Virus record (IMG/VR): IMGVR_UViG_3300032285_001531
Direction: 5' to 3' (one strand)
DNA from: a virus
Taxonomy: Duplodnaviria > Caudoviricetes
DNA length: 64,000 nt
The notes beneath the pieces are model-generated. The model searched no databases. It saw only the letters and a list, made by a program, of their open reading frames with translations, and was not told the origin of the DNA. Positions within the stretch are counted from its first letter, which is position 1, and every line of letters starts with the position of its first letter. The position numbers and the translations under genes were made by a program. Positions 62,733 to 64,000 of this stretch are shown here, one piece after another.

Positions 62733-63512
62733 TTATTGGGCAGTTTGTGTTATTGTAAATGAATTAGTACTTCCTGAACTTTGTAAATTAAATGTGTTAT
62801 CACCTGCAGTACCTGATTGAGTTACTGATAATGTATTGCCACTACCTGTAACTGCTAATGTAGCACTATGTCCTAGTACTGCACCACCAGTTTGATTAAT
62901 AGACACATTATTATTAGCACCCGCTATAACCATAGTAGCAGTAGCATTAATACCTACACTAGGAGCTAATGTAATATTACCTGTGTTACCGCCACCGCCT
63001 GTGATACCAATGCTAGGATGTAATCCATCACCAATGATGTTAAAGTTCATTGCATTGTTATTACCACCTGCACTGTTACCAGTAACTACATTGTTTTCAC
63101 CGCTAATTGAAACGTTAGCCTGTGAATTATTACCTACTTGTGTAATACCAATATTGTTACGATTACATTTTCCTGTTTCAGCGTCATTACAATTTATAAG
63201 TGCAATGCCATTGTTACCTGAAACACTGTAGCTGAACACGTTTGTTGAACCTAATGATCCGCCGTTAATACCTAATGTTAAACGATTGTTGATACCTGTT
63301 TGTGTGATTGTTACTGCAGTATCATCACCATATATTTTAGCATTAGCATCTTGTGCTATTCCTATACCCTTAACGGTGTTGCTCGATCCGTCTTGAGTTA
63401 TAGTAATAGTGCTACGATCACCAATTTGATCCAAATAAACTTTGTTGTCCCCTGATATAGCAACACTGGCTAAAGTTAATAACGCCATCATTACTACTAT
63501 TTTTGTTTTCAT
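62733..63512 (-). CDS. Secreted curlin-like repeat protein
   Basis: Signal peptide; NKVYLDQIG, ITQDGSSN, ITQTGINN, ITQVGNNS, INQTG repeats. Confidence 0.72.
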   Translation of the reverse strand: MKTKIVVMMALLTLASVAISGDNKVYLDQIGDRSTITITQDGSSNTVKGIGIAQDANAKIYGDDTAVTITQTGINNRLTLGINGGSLGSTNVFSYSVSGNNGIALINCNDAETGKCNRNNIGITQVGNNSQANVSISGENNVVTGNSAGGNNNAMNFNIIGDGLHPSIGITGGGGNTGNITLAPSVGINATATMVIAGANNNVSINQTGGAVLGHSATLAVTGSGNTLSVTQSGTAGDNTFNLQSSGSTNSFTITQTAQ

Positions 63513-63528
63513 GATTTTTCACGAGTCC

Positions 63529-64000
63529 TTACTTTTTCTTTTTTTTATTGTGCAGGTTCTTAATGACCTGTTTTTTATTGCTAATTTTTCTAGCATGTTT
63601 TTCTTCTTGTTTCATCTTAATAGTAGGCTTACTCATCTTTATAGGTATCATCACTAATACTTTACTTTTTTGAGCAAACCTATTATCATTTGATTCTTTT
63701 GTTTCACTGTGTGTGTCAACTTCTTGTACTTTTGGCTCTTCGGATTTAACTTCTTCCTTAGGCTCTTCTTTTGGTTCTTCTTTTACTTCTACCTTAGGTT
63801 CTTCTTTCTTTACATCTTCTTTTTTTGTTTCCACCTTAGGTTCTTGCTTTGAAGCGGGTATAATTATTACGCCAGGTTTAGTATCTTCAATTGCCCAGAT
63901 ACCTTTACGTGCACCTTCTTTAATCAATTCAAGCACTGCTGCTTCAATTGCACTCTTAACTGCAAATGTCCCTGGCTCATTTACAGTTAACCCTGCTTCA
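63529..64000 (-). CDS. csgG: CsgG-like curli secretion channel, C-terminal part (truncated by window edge)
   Basis: Frame open to the edge: EAGLTVNEPGTFAVKSAIEAAVLELIKEGARKGIW aligns by eye to the CsgG C-terminus; charged low-complexity tail. Confidence 0.75.
   Translation of the reverse strand, partial: EAGLTVNEPGTFAVKSAIEAAVLELIKEGARKGIWAIEDTKPGVIIIPASKQEPKVETKKEDVKKEEPKVEVKEEPKEEPKEEVKSEEPKVQEVDTHSETKESNDNRFAQKSKVLVMIPIKMSKPTIKMKQEEKHARKISNKKQVIKNLHNKKKKK

Noticed and set aside
1-64000. tRNA, rRNA, tmRNA, CRISPR, integrase or transposase
   Set aside because: No intergenic gap shows a cloverleaf or array, and no recombinase motif was recognised; tRNAscan/Infernal were not run

Overview
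A gene-dense, AT-rich 64 kb segment of a large, T4-like or jumbo tailed phage genome. The evidence is a family B DNA polymerase, sliding clamp, DsbA-like protein, T4-type RNase H, ATP-dependent ligase, and both sigma70-type and TAAATA promoters. Transcription is mostly on the + strand up to about 58.4 kb, followed by a convergent - strand block. Modules in order: (1) 0-10.7 kb, probable capsid-packaged proteins with T4 CTS-like N-termini, including a 906-aa polyprotein whose GNAT, ParB and ASCH domains are separated by a repeated QGVAEG linker conserved at DNA level, plus dps and a fatty-acid desaturase. (2) 10.7-12.7 kb, a cassette with a SerRS-like amino acid:carrier-protein ligase, an acyl carrier protein and a Cys-motif protein. 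(3) The replication core. (4) 16.9-27.2 kb, a 7-deazaguanine DNA-modification cluster (DpdA-like TGT, DpdL-like T-fold, FolE, QueD, QueE, no QueC in the window). It is interleaved with two glycosyltransferases, an epimerase, a cytidylyltransferase and a PRTase, and has a preQ1-I-like pseudoknot before queD. (5) UvsE, RNase H and arrays of short paralogs. (6) A deoxysugar cluster. (7) Early genes and the ligase. (8) A ClpX-bS21-Hsp20-ClpS-ClpP module. (9) A curli-like CsgG-curlin-FecR-curlin block with a CHASE2 adenylate cyclase. I saw no tRNA, rRNA or CRISPR array. All family calls come from motif recognition by eye, with no database search.
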